Source of the DNA: the human T2T-CHM13v2.0 reference genome, Homo sapiens
Assembly: GCF_009914755.1 (NCBI RefSeq)
Contig: NC_060945.1
DNA length: 64,000 nucleotides
Strand: one strand, 5' to 3'
The notes below the pieces were generated by a model that did no database searches, had not been told where the DNA came from, and saw nothing but the letters and a program-made list of their open reading frames with translations. Position numbers and translations under genes: made by a program. Below are positions 23,159 through 36,300 of the stretch, piece by piece; within the stretch, counting starts at the first letter, position 1; the number at the start of each line of letters is the position of its first letter.

Positions 23159-26100
23159 AATGGAGTGGAATGGAAAGGAATGGAGTGGATTGGATTCGAA
23201 TGGAATGGAATGCAGTGGAGTGGAATGCAATGGAATGGAATGGAACGGAATGTTATAGAATGGAAAGGAGTGGAGAGGAATGGAATGGAACGGAATGGAA
23301 TGGAGGGGAAGGGACTGGAGTGGAGTAGAGTATAGTTGAATGGAATGGAATGGAATGGAATGGAATACTGTAGAATGGTATGTAGTGGAGTGGAATGGAA
23401 TGGAATATAATGCAGTGGAATGGAGTGGAGTGAAGTGGAATGGAATGGAGTGAAGTGGAATGGAATGGAATGCAGTGGAATGGAGTGGAATACAGTGGAG
23501 TGGAATGGAATGGAGCGGACTGTAAAGAAATGGAGTGGAATGGAATGGCGTGGAATGGAATGGAGAGGTGTGGAATGGATTGGAGTGGATTGAAATGGAG
23601 TGGAGTTGAAAGGAATGGAATGGAAAGGAATGGAAGGGAAAGGTGTAGAATGGAGTGGAAAGGTTTGGAAAGCAATTGATTGGAGTTTAGTGGAATGGAA
23701 TGAAAGAGAGTGGAATGACATGGTATGGAGTGCAATGTAATGCAGTGGAATAGAGTGGCGTCAAATGGAATGGAAGGGAATGGAGTGGAATGGAATGGAA
23801 TGGAGTGGAATGGAATGGAGTGGAAAAGAATGGAAGGGAATAAAATAGAATGGAAGGGAATGGAAGAGAATGCAATGGAATGGAATGGAATGGAATGGAG
23901 TGAATTGGAATCGAATGGAATTGATTGGAATGTAATGGAATTGAGAGAAGTGGAATGAAGGCAATGGAATGCAATGGAATGAAATGAGAATAAGTGCAGT
24001 GGAATGAAATGGAACGGAATGGAATGTAGTGGATTGGAGTGGAGTGGAGTGGAATTGAATTGAATGGAGTGCAGAAGAATGGACTGGAATGGAATGGAAT
24101 GGAATGGAATGGAATGGAATGGATTAGAATGGAATGGTATGTAATGGAATGTTACAGAATTGAATGGAGTGGAGTAGAATGGAATGAAATGGAATGGAAA
24201 GGAATGATGACGAGGGGACTGGAGTGGAGAAGAATATAGTGGAACGGAATGGAATGGAAGGGAATGGAATGGAGAGCAATGGAATTGAAAACTATAGAAT
24301 GGTATGGATTTGAGTGGAATGGAATGTTATCTAATGCATTGGAATGGAGTGGAGTGGAGTGGAATGGAATGTAATCCATTGTAATGGAGTGGAATGGAAT
24401 GGAAATGAATGGAACGCAATGGAATGGAATGGGGTGGGGTGGAGTAGAGTGGACAGAAATGGAAAGGAGTGGAATGGAAAGGAGTGGAAGGAAGTGGAGT
24501 GGAACGGAATGGAGTGGACTGGAAACAAATGGAGTGGAATGGAATGGTGTGGAATGGAATGCAGTTGTGTGGAATGCAATGGAGTGGAGAGGAATGGACT
24601 GGAGTTGAATGGAATGGAATGGAGAGGAATAGAATGGAAAGCTTTGGAGTGCAGTGGAGTAGTGTGGAATGGAATAGAATGGAGTAGAGTGGAATGGAAT
24701 GAAATGCAGTGGAATGGCATTTAATGGAATGCAATGGAATGCAGTGGAATAGAATGGAGTCTAATGGAATGGAATGCAATGTACTGGATTGAAATGGAAT
24801 GAAATGAAATGGAATGGAGTGGGGTGGAGAGGAATGGAATGGAATGGAGTGGAATGGAATGGAGTGGAATGGAGTGCAGTGGAATAGAGAGGAATGAAAT
24901 TGAATGGAACAGAATTGAATGTATTGAAATGCATCGAATTGGAGTGGAATGGGGTGGAATGGAATTGAATGGAGTGGAATAGAATGGAATGAAATGGAAT
25001 GCAATGGATTCGAGTGGAGTGCTGTGGAATATAATGTAAGGGAGTACAATTGAATGGAATGGAATGGAATGGAATGGAGTGGGGTGGAATTGAATGGAAT
25101 GGAGTGGAATGGAATGGAATGCAATGGAATGGAAAGGAATGGAATGCAATGGAATGGAATGTAAAGCAATGGAATGCAATGGAAGGGAGAGGAGGGGAAT
25201 GTAGTGCAGTGGAGTGAAGTGTAACAGAATGGAATGAAATGGAATGGAATAGAATGGAATGGAGTGGAGTTGAAAGGATTGGAATGCAACGGTATGGAAC
25301 GCAATGGAATGGAACAGAGTGGAATGGAATAGAATGGAATGGAATTTAGTGGTATGTAGAGGAGTGGAGTGGAATGGAGATGAAAGTAATGGAATGGAAA
25401 GGAAGGGAAATGAATGGGATGGAAAGGAATGGAATGAGACTGGGTGAATTCGAGTGAAATGCAATGGATGGAAGTGGAATGGAATGGAATGCAATGCAAT
25501 GGAATGGGACAGAATGTAATGGAATGGAATGCAATGGAGTGGAATGGAATGGAATGGAATGGAATGGAATGGCATAGAATGGGGTGGAATGGATTGGAAT
25601 GAAATGGAATGGAATGGAATGGAATGGAATGGAATGGAATGGAATGGATTGGAGTGGAGTGGAGTGGAATCGAATAGAATGGAGAGGAGCAGAATTGAAT
25701 GGAATCGAATAGAGTGGAATGGAATGGAGAGGAATGGAAAGGAATGGAATGGAAAGAAATGGAGTGGAATGGAATTGAATGGATTGGAGTGGAATGGAAT
25801 GGAATGGGCGGGGATGGAATGCAGATGAGGGGATTGGAGTGGAGTAGAGAATAGTGGATTGGAATGCAAAGGAAAGGAATGGAATGCAATGGAACACTAT
25901 AGAATGGTATGGAGTTTACTGGAATGGAATGGAATGCAGATGAGTGGAATGTAATTGAAAGGAATGGAACGGAATGGAGTGGACTAGAGTGGAATGGAAT
26001 GGAGTAGATTGGAATGCAATGGAATGGATTGTAATAGAATGCAATGCAGTGGAATGGAAAGTTGCGGAGTGGAGTAGCGTGGAGTGGAATGGAACTGAAT

Positions 26101-29100
26101 GGAATTCTATTTAATGGAAATGGAAGTAAATGGAATAGAATGGAGTAGAGTAGAATGGAGTGGAATGGAGTCGAATGTAGAGCAGTGGAATGGAATGGAA
26201 AGCAGTTGAGTGGAATGGAACGGAGTTGAATGGAAAAGAGTGTAATGGAGTAGAGTGGAGATGAATGGAATTGAGAGGAATGAAGTGAGGTGGAATGGAG
26301 TAGAATATAGCGGAGTGGAATGGAATGGAATGGAATGGAATGGAATGGAGTGGAGTGGAGTGGATTCCAATGCAATGGATTGGAGTGGAGTGGAGAGGAT
26401 TGGAATAGAATAGAGTGAAACGGAGTGGAATGGAATGGAGTGGAGTGCAATGGAATGGAGCAGAATGGAATGGAGTGGAATGGAATGGAGTGTAGTGGAG
26501 TGTTATGGAATGGTGTGGAGTGTAGCGGAATGGAAAGGACTGGAATGTAGTGGAGTGTAATAGAATGGAAATGAGTGGAGGGGAATGTAATGGGATGGAG
26601 TTGTTTGGAATGGAGTGGAAGGGAATGGAGTGGAATAGAATGGAAGGGAATGGAAAAGAATGGAATGGAGTAAAATGGAACGGAATGGAAAGGAATGGAA
26701 TTTAAAGGAATGGAGTGGAGTGGAAATGAATGGAAAGGAATGGAACGGAATGTAATGGAACGGAATGTAATGGAATGGAATGGAATGGAATGGAATGGAG
26801 TGGATTGGAGTGGAGCGGAGTGGAGTGGTATGGAATTGAATAATGTGGAGTGGAATGGAATGGAATGGAATAGAATGGAATGGAGTGGAGTGGAATGGAA
26901 GGGAATGGGATGGAATGCTGAGGTGTTAATTGGAGTGGAGAAGAGCATAGTGGAATGTAATGGAATGTAATGAAATGGAATAGAATGGAATAGCTTACTA
27001 TAGAATGGTATGGAGTGGAGTGGAATGGAATGGAATGGAATGCAGTGGAATGGAGTGGAGTGGAGTGGAATGGAATGCACTGCAATGGAGTGGAATGGAT
27101 TGGAATGGAGTGGAATGGAGTGGAGTGGAATGGAAAGGAATGGAATCGAATGGAATGGAGTGGAGTGGAGTGGAATGGAATGGAATGGATTGGAGGGAGT
27201 GGAGAGGAGTGGAATAGAATAGAGTGAAATTGAGTGGAATGGAATGGAGTGGAGTGCAACAGAATGGAGCGGAATGGAATGGAGTGGAATGGAATGGAGT
27301 GGAGTCGAGTGTTATGGAATGGTGTGGAGTGTACTGGAGTGGAAAGGACTGGAATGTAGTGGAGTGTAATGGAACGGAAATGAGTGGAGGGGAATGTAAT
27401 GGAATGGAGTTGATTGGAATGGAATGGAATGGAATTGATTGGAATGGAATGGAAGTGAATGGAATGGAATGGAGTAAAATGGAAAAGAATGGAAACGAAT
27501 GGAATGGAATGGAATGGATTGGAGTGGAATTGAATGGAAAGTAATGGAAAGGCATGGAATGGAATGGAATGGAATGGAACGGAACGGAACGGAATGGAGT
27601 GGATTGGAGTGGAGTGGAGTGGTATGGAATTGAATAAAATGGAGTGGAATGGAATGGAATGGAAAAGAATGGAATGGAGTGGAGTGGAATGGGATGGAAT
27701 GGGGAGGTGTGGACTGGAGTGGAGGAGAGAATAGTGGAATGGAATGGAATGGAATGGAATGAAATGGAATGGAAGGGAATGGAATGGTATACTACAGAAT
27801 GGTATGGAGTGGAGTGGAATGGAATGGAATGGAATGCAGTGGAATGGAGTGGAATGGAATAGAATGGAGTGGATTGGAGTGGAATTCAATGGAGTAAAAT
27901 GGATTGGATTGTAATGGAGTGGATTAGAATGGAATGGAGAGAAGTGGAAAGAAAAGGAGTGGAATGGAATGGTGTGGATTGGAGTGGAATGGAGTGAAAT
28001 GGAATGGAACTGAACGGAATGAAAAGGAGAGGAATGGAATGGAAAGCTGTGTAGTGGAATGGAGTGGTGTGGAATGGAATTGAATGGAGTGGAGTGGATT
28101 GGAATGGAATGAAACGGTGTGGAATGGCAATGAATGGGGTGCAATGGAATGGAGGGGATTAGAATGGAGTCTAATGGAAGGGAAAGTAATGGAGAGGAGT
28201 GGAATGGAATGGAATGGAATGCAATGGAATCGAGTGAAGTGGAGTAGAGTGGAGTGGAATGCAATGGAGTGGAATGGGATGGAGTGGAATGGAGTGGATT
28301 AGAATGCAGTGAAATGAAAGGGAATGGAATGGAATGTAGTGAAGTGGAATGGAATGCAATGCAATGGATTCGATTGAAGTGGAGTGGAGTGGAGTGGAAT
28401 GCAATGGAGTGGAATGAGATGGAGTGGAGTGGAGTGGAATAGAATGGAATGGAATTGAATGGAAAGGAATTGACTGGAATGCAATGCAACGAAATGGAGT
28501 GGAATGAAGTTGAATGGAATGCAAAGGAATGGAATTGAATGGAGTGATATGGAATGGAATGAAATGGAATGCAATGGATTCGAGTGGAGTGCTGTGGAGT
28601 GTAATGGAATGGAATGCAATGGAATGGAATGGAATGGAAGGGATTGAAATGGAAAGGAATGCAATAGAATGGAATTTAATGGAATGGAATGCAGTGGGGT
28701 GGAATAGAAAGGAGTGGAGTGGAATGGAATGGAATGCAATGGAATTGAATGTAACGGAAAGTAATGGAAAGGAATGGAATGGAGAGGAGGGGATTATCGT
28801 GGAGTGGAGTGAATTGGAAAGGAATGGAATGGAATGGAATGGAATGGAATGGAATGGAATGGAATGAAATGAAATGTGGTGAAGTGGACTAGAATGGAAT
28901 GAAATGGACTAGAATGGAGTGGAGTGGATTGGAATGGAATAGAATGTAGTGGAGTGGAGTGGAATGGAATGGAATGGAGTGGATTGGAAAGGATTGGAAT
29001 GGATTGGAATAGAATGCATTGGAATGGAATGGAATGAAACAGAGTGGAATGGAATGGAGTGGAATGGAATGGAATGGAATGGAATGAAGAGGAGTGTAGT

Positions 29101-32100
29101 GGAATGGAATCGTTTGTATTGAAATGTGATGGAATGCAGATGGATGTAATGGAATAGAATGGGATGGAATAGAATGGGATGGAAAGGAATGGAATGGAAA
29201 TGGGTGGAGTCAAGAGGAAAGCAATGGAGTGAAGTGGAATGGAATTCAATGCAATGGAATGGAACGGAATGAAATGGATTGGAATGGAATAGAATGGAGT
29301 GGAATGCAATGGAATGGGATGGAATGGTATTGAATGGAATAGACTGGAGTGGAATGGAATGGAAAGGAATGGAACGGAATGGAATGGAATGGAGTGGGGT
29401 GGAATGGAATGGAATGTAACGGAGTGGAATGGAGTGTAGTGGAGTGGAATGGAATAGAATGGAGTGGATTAGAATGTAGTACAATGGAATGCAGAGGAAT
29501 GAAAGGAAGGTAATGGAATGGAATGGAAAGGAATGGAATGGAGGGGAGTGGAATGGAGTGGAAAGGAATTGAATGGAATGGAATGAAGTGGAATGGAATT
29601 TAACCGAATGGATTGGAGTGGAATGGAGTTGAGTGGAGTGAAATGGAATGGAATGGAGTGGAGTGGAGTGGAATGGAATGGATTGGAATGGAGTGGAATG
29701 GAAGGAAATGGGATGGAATGGGGAGGAGTGGAATGGATTGGAGTAGAGTATAGTGGAATGGAATGGAATGTAAACAAATGGAATAGAATGGAATGGAACA
29801 GAATACTTTCGAATGGTACGAAGTGGAGAGGAATGGAACGGAATGCAATGCAGGGGAATGGAGTGGAGTGGAGTGGAATGGAATGGAACGCAGTGGAATG
29901 TAGTGGAATGGAATGGAGTGGAATGGAGTGGAGTGGAGTGGATTGGAATGGAATGGAGTAGATTGGAGTGGATTGGAATGGAGTGGAGTGGAATGGAATA
30001 TAGGGGAGTGGAAAAAAATGGATTGAAATGGAATGGTGGGGAATGGAATGGAGTCGTGTGGAGTGGAATGGAGTGGAGTGGAATTGAGTGGAGTTGAATG
30101 TAATGGAAAGGTGAGGAATGGTATGGAAAGGTGTGGAGTTGAGTGCAGTGGTGTGGAATGATTTGAATGGAGTGGAGTGAAATGGAATGAAACGGAGAAG
30201 AATGGCACGGAATGTGGTGCAATGGAATGGAGTGGATAAGAATGGAGTCTAATGGAAGGGAGTGGAATGGAGTGGAGTGAAATGGAATGAAATGGAATAC
30301 AATGGAATGGAGTGGAGTGGAGTGGAATGCAATGGCGTGGAATGCAATGGAGTGGAGTGGAGTGTAGTGGAACAGAGTTGAATGGAATTGAATGGAACGG
30401 AATTGACTGGAATGGAATGCAACGAAATGGAGTGGAAAGGAGTTGAATGGAATCTAAAGGAATGGAATTGAATGGAGTGGAATTGAAATGAATGAAATGA
30501 AATGCAATGGATGCGAGTGGAGTGCTGTGGAATGTAATGGATTAGAATTCAAAGGAATGGAATGTAATGGAATGAATTGGAATGCAATGGAATGGAATGG
30601 AATGGAATTTAATGGAATGGAATGGACGGGGTGGAATGGAATGGAGTGGAGTGGATTGGAATGGAATGCAATGGAATGTAAAGCAATAGAGTGGAATGGA
30701 TTGCAATGGAAAGGAGAAGAGGGGGTTGTATTGGAATGGAGTGAAGTGGAATGGAATGGAACGGAACAGAATGGAATGCAAAGCAATGGCATGCATTGGA
30801 ATGGCATGGAATGAAATGGACTGGAATTCAGTGGAGTGGAGTGGAATGGAATGAAATGGAGTGGGATACAATGGAATGGAATGGAATGGAATGGAATGGA
30901 ATGGAATGGAATAGGGTGGAATGCATTGGGATGGATTGGAATGGAGTAGAGTGGAGTGAAGTGGGATGGAACGGAGTGGAGTGGAAAGGATTGGAACGGA
31001 ATGTAATGTAATGGAATGGAATGAAACAGAGTGGAATGGAATGGAATTGAATGGAGAGGAATGTAGAGGAGTGAAGTGGAATGGAATGGAATGTATTGAA
31101 ATGTAATGGAATGGAGATGAATGTGATGTAGTGCAATGTAATGGAATAGAATGGGATGGAATAGAGTAGCATGGAGTGGAATGAAACGGAATGGAAGCGT
31201 ATGGAATGGAATTTAATTGAATGGAATGCAATGGAACGGAATGGAATGCTGTGGAATGGAATGGAATGTGCTGGAAATGAATGGAGTGGAATGTTATATG
31301 GTGGAGTGGAGTGGAATGGAATGGACTGGATTGGAGTGGAATGGAATGGAATGGAATGTAAAGGAGGGGAAACAACTGGAATGGTATGGAATGGAATGTA
31401 ATGGAATGGAGTGAAGTGGAAGGGAATGGAATGGAAGCGAACAGAGTGGAATGTAATGGAATGGAGTGGAGAGGAACGGAGTGGAGTGGAATGGAATGGA
31501 GTATAATGTGGTGGAGTGGAGTGGATGGGAATGGAATGCAATGGAGTGGAATGGAACGGAACGGAGAGGAGGGGAATGGAATGGAAGAGAATGGCATGCA
31601 GTGGAGTGGAACGGAATGGAATGGAAAGAAATGGAATGGAATGGAATAAAGTGGAATGGAATCGAGTGGGGCGGAGTGGAATGGAATGGACAGGAATGGT
31701 ATGGAATGGAATGTAGTGGAAGGGAATGGCATGAAATGGAGTGGAGGGGAATGGAGTGGAATGGAATGGAGTGGAATGGAGTGGAGTGCAAGGGAGTGTA
31801 ATGAAGTGGAGAGGAATGGAAGGGAATGGAATGGATTGTAGCGGAATGGAATGGAATGGAATTGAGTGGATAGGACTGGAATGGAGTCCAATGGAGTGGA
31901 GTGGAATGGAAAGGAGTGGAATGAAATGGAGTGGAAGGGAGTTGAGCGGAATGGAATGTAAAGGATTGGAAAGGAATTGAGTGTAGTTTAATGGAATTGA
32001 ACCGAATGGGGTGGAGTGGAGTTGAGTGGGGTCAAATGGAGGGGAATGGAATGGAATGTAATGGAATGGAAGGGAATTGAATGGAAATGATTGGAGTGTA

Positions 32101-32661
32101 GTGGAGTGGAATGGAGGGTAGTGGAGTGGAGAGCTATGGAATGGAATTGAATGGAGTGGAATGGAATTGAGTGGAATTGAATGAAATGGAATGGAGTGAA
32201 ATGGAATGAAACGGAGTGGAGTGGAAGGGAATGGAATGGAATGGAATGGAATGGAGTGGAATGGAATGGAATGGAATGGAGTGGAGTGGAGTAGAATGGA
32301 GTGGAATGTAATGGAGTGAAGGGGAGTGGAATGGAATTGTTTGGAGAGAATTGGAATGGAATGGATTGTAATCGAGTAGTGTGGAATGGAATGGAATGCA
32401 GTGTAGAGGAATGGAACATAATGGAGTGGAATGGAATGAATTGGAGTGGAATGGAACTGAGAGGAGTGGAATGGAATGGAAACGAATGGAATGGAATGGA
32501 ATGGAATGAAATTGAGTGGAACGCAATGGAGTGGGGATGAGTGGAATGGAATGGACTGAAGTGGAATGGAATGGTATGGAATGGAATAGAATAGAATGGA
32601 ATGGGACGGAATTTAACGCATTGGAATGGAGTGGAATGGAGTGGAGTGAAATGGATTGTAA

Positions 32662-32912
32662 TGGAATGGAATGGGATACAATGGAATGGACTGTAATGGA
32701 ATGCAGTGGAATGGAGTGGAATGGAGTGGAATGGAGTGCAGTGGAGTGGAGTGGAGGGGAGTGGAATGTAATGGAGTGGAGTGGAATGGAATGGGATACA
32801 ATGGAATGGACTGTAATGGAATGCAGTGGAATGGAGTGGAATGGAGTGGAATGGAGTGCAGTGGAGTGGAGTGGAGGGGAGTGGAATGTAATGGAGTGGA
32901 GTGGAATGGAAT
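32662..32912 (+). repeat. 120-bp exact tandem duplication
   Basis: Rows 32701-32760 and 32821-32880 are identical; ATGGGATACAATGGAATGGACTGTAATGGA at 32671 and 32791. Confidence 0.95.
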
Positions 32913-33167
32913 AAAATGGAATGGATTGGAAAGGAACAGAGTGGTGTGGAGTGGGGTCGAATGGAATGAAACTGAAAAGAATGGAATGGAATGGAATGGA
33001 ATGGAATAGGTTGGAGTGGAGTGGAGTGGAATGGAATCAATGGAGAGGAATGTACTGGAGTGAAACGGAAAGGAATGGAGTGGAGTGTAATGGTATGAGG
33101 TGGAATGGAATGGAGTGGAATGGATTTCATTGGAGAGGAATGGAATGGAGTAGAATGGAATGGACTG

Positions 33168-33370
33168 GAGTTGAGTGGAGTGTGTTCGAGTAGATGGTAT
33201 TTGAATGGAATGGAATATAATGGGGTGGACTGGAGTGCAACGGAGTGGAGTGGAGTGGAGTTGAGTGGAATGTGTTCGAGTGGATGGTATTGGAATGGAA
33301 TGGAATGGAAAGGGGTGGAATGGAGTGTAGTGTAGTGCAGTGGAGTGGGTTCGATTGGATGATAATTGAA
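33168..33370 (+). repeat. 90-bp diverged tandem duplication with a partial third copy
   Basis: TGTGTTCGAGT(A/G)GATGGTATT at 33181 and 33271; related GTTCGATTGGATGATAATT at 33349. Confidence 0.78.
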
Positions 33371-36300
33371 TGGAATGTAGTGGCGTGGAATGGAGTGGAG
33401 TGGAGAGGAATGGATTTGAAAGGATTGCAGTGGAAAGGAATGCATCGGGGTGTAGTGGAATGTAAAGGAATGCAGTGGAATGGAATTGAATGTTATGGAA
33501 TTGAATGGAGTGTAGAGAAATTGAATGGAATGGAATGGAATGGAAGGGAATGGAATGGAAGGGAATAGAATGGAGTGGAATGGTGTGGAAGGGAATGGAA
33601 TTTAAAGGATTTGAGTGGATTGTAGTGGAGTGGAGTGGAATGGAATTGTGTGGAATGGAATGGATTGCAATGGAATGGAGTGGAAGGGAATGGAGTGGTG
33701 TGGAGTAGAATGGATTGGAATTAAATGCAATGGAATGGAATGGAGTGGAATGGAACAGAATGGAATGGAGTGGAATGGAATGGAATGGAGTGGAATGGAG
33801 TGGAGTGGATTGGAATGGAATGGAGTGGAATGGAGGGGAGTGCAATGGAATGGAACGGTGTGGAGTGGAGTGTAATGGAACGGAGTGGAATAGAATGTAA
33901 TGGAATGCAATGGCTTGGAATGGAGTGGAATGGAACGGAATGACAAGGAATGGAATGGAATGGAAAAGAACGGAAAGGAAGGGAGTGGAATGGAATGGAA
34001 TGGAATGGAAGGGAATGCAGTGGAATGGAAATTAAAGGAATGGAATGGAATGGAATGGAATGGAATGGAATGGAGTGGAATGGAGTGGAGTTCAGTGGAG
34101 TAGAATGGAATGGTGTAGAGTGGAGTGGAATGCAATGGAATGGAATGGAAAGGAGTGGAGAGGAATGGAGTGGTGTGGAATGGAATGGAATGATATGGAA
34201 TGGAATCGAATGGTGTGTAAAGAAATTGTAGGGAAAAGAGAGAAGAGATGTGGAGTGGAATGGAATGGAGTGAATGTAGTGGAGTGGAGTGGTTTGTAAT
34301 GGAGTGTAATGGAAAGGAAAGGATAGGAGTGGAGTGGAAAGGAGTGGAATGGAATGGAAAGGAATGGAATAAAAGGGCATGGAATGGAATGGAGTCCGGT
34401 TGAGTGGAATGGAATAGAGTGGAGTGGAATGGAAAGGAATGGAATGAAATGGAATGGAATTGAGTGGAGTGGAGTGGAGTGTAATGGAGTGCCATCGAGT
34501 GGAATGGAATTGAATGGAATATAATGGAATAGACTCGAATGGAATGGAATGCAGCGGAATGGAGTCTAGTGGAGTAGAATGGAATGGAGCGGAATGGAGC
34601 GGAATGGAATGGATTGGAGTGAAAAGAATGGAATTGAATGGATTGGAATAGAATAGAGTGGAATATACTGCAGTGGAAAGGAATGGATTGGAGTGAAAAG
34701 AATGGACTGGAACGGATTGGAGTGGAATAGAGTGGAATGTAGTGCAGTAGAATGGAATTGATTGGTATGGAATGGAGTTGAATGGAATTGCGTGTAGTGG
34801 AAAGGAAGGGAATGGAATGGAATGGAATGGAGTGGAGTGGAGTACAGTGGAGTGGAGTGGGGTCGAATGGATTGTAGTCGAATGGAATGGAATGGAATGG
34901 AGTGGAAGGGAGTGGAGTGGAATGGAATGAAAGGCATTGGAAAGGAATATAATGGAATATAATGGAATGGAATGGAAAGAAATGGAATGGATGGGAATGG
35001 ACTGGAATAGAGTGGAGTGGAATATACTGGAATGGAATGGAAGGAATGGAATGGTATGGAAAGGAGGGGAGTAGAGTGGAATGGAATGGAGTGGAATGGA
35101 TTGGAGTGGAATGGAATGGAATGGAAAGAATGGAATGGAGGGCAGTGGAATGGATTGGATTGGAGTGGAATGGAGTGGAATGGAGTGGAGTGTAGTGAAA
35201 AGGAATGGAATGGAGTGGACTGGAATAGAGTGGTATGGAATGGAACGGAGTGCAGTGGAATGGAATGGAATGGAATGGAATGAAATGAAATGGAATGGAG
35301 TGAAGTGGAATGGAATGGAGTTGAGGAGAATGGAATGGAATGGAAAAGAAGGAAATGGAGAGGCGGGGAGTGGAGTGGAATGCAATGAATTTCAATGGAG
35401 TTGAGTGGATTGGAATGGAACAGAATGCAGTGGAATGGAATGGAATGAAATGGAAAGTAGTGGAATGGAATCTAACGGAAAGGAGTGGAATGGAATGGAA
35501 TGGAATACAATGGAATGGAGTGGAATGGAGAGGAGTGGAGTGGAGTGAAGTGGAATGGAATGGAATCGAATAGATTGGAATGCAGTGTAGTGGGTTGGGG
35601 TGGAATGCAATGGAGTGGAGGGATGCGGATTGGAAAGGAATGGAATGGAAAGGAATAGAAGAGAATGAAATGGATTGGAGTGGAGTGTAGTGGAATGGAA
35701 TGAAATGGAATGGAGTGGAATGGAATGTAGTGGGGTGGAGTGTAATGGAATGGAGTAGAGTGAAGTGGAAGGGAATGGAATGGAGTGGAATGCAATGGAA
35801 TGGAGTTGGGTGGAGTTGAACGGAGAGGAAAGTAGAGAAATGGAATTGAGTGGAATGAAAGTGATAAGAGTGGAATGGAGTGGAATGGAATGGAATGGAA
35901 TGAAAGGGATAAGAATGGAATGAAGAGAAATGGAATGAAATGGAATGGAGTGGAATGGAGGAGATTGGACTGGAGTGGAGTGGAGTGGAGTGGATTGGGG
36001 TAGAGTGGGGAGGAATGGAGTGGAAAAGAATGGAGTAGAGTTGAGTGGAATGGAATGGATTGGAGTGGATTTGAGTGGAATGGAATGGACTGGAATGGAA
36101 TGGAATGGAATGGAATGATGTGGAATGGAATGGAGTGGAGAGGAGTGGAGTGGAATGAAGAGGAGAGGACTGGAATGGAATGGAATGGCATGAAACGGAA
36201 TGGAACGGAATGGAATGGAGAGGAGGGGATTGGAGTGAATTGGAATGGAGTGGAAGGTAGTGGAGTGCAGTGGATTGGAATAGAATATAGTCGAATGGAA

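Noticed and set aside
25001-28600. Assignment to DYZ1 / a specific chromosome from a 3570-bp offset
   Set aside because: It is a single offset without sustained periodicity; chromosome and subfamily assignment needs alignment to a reference.
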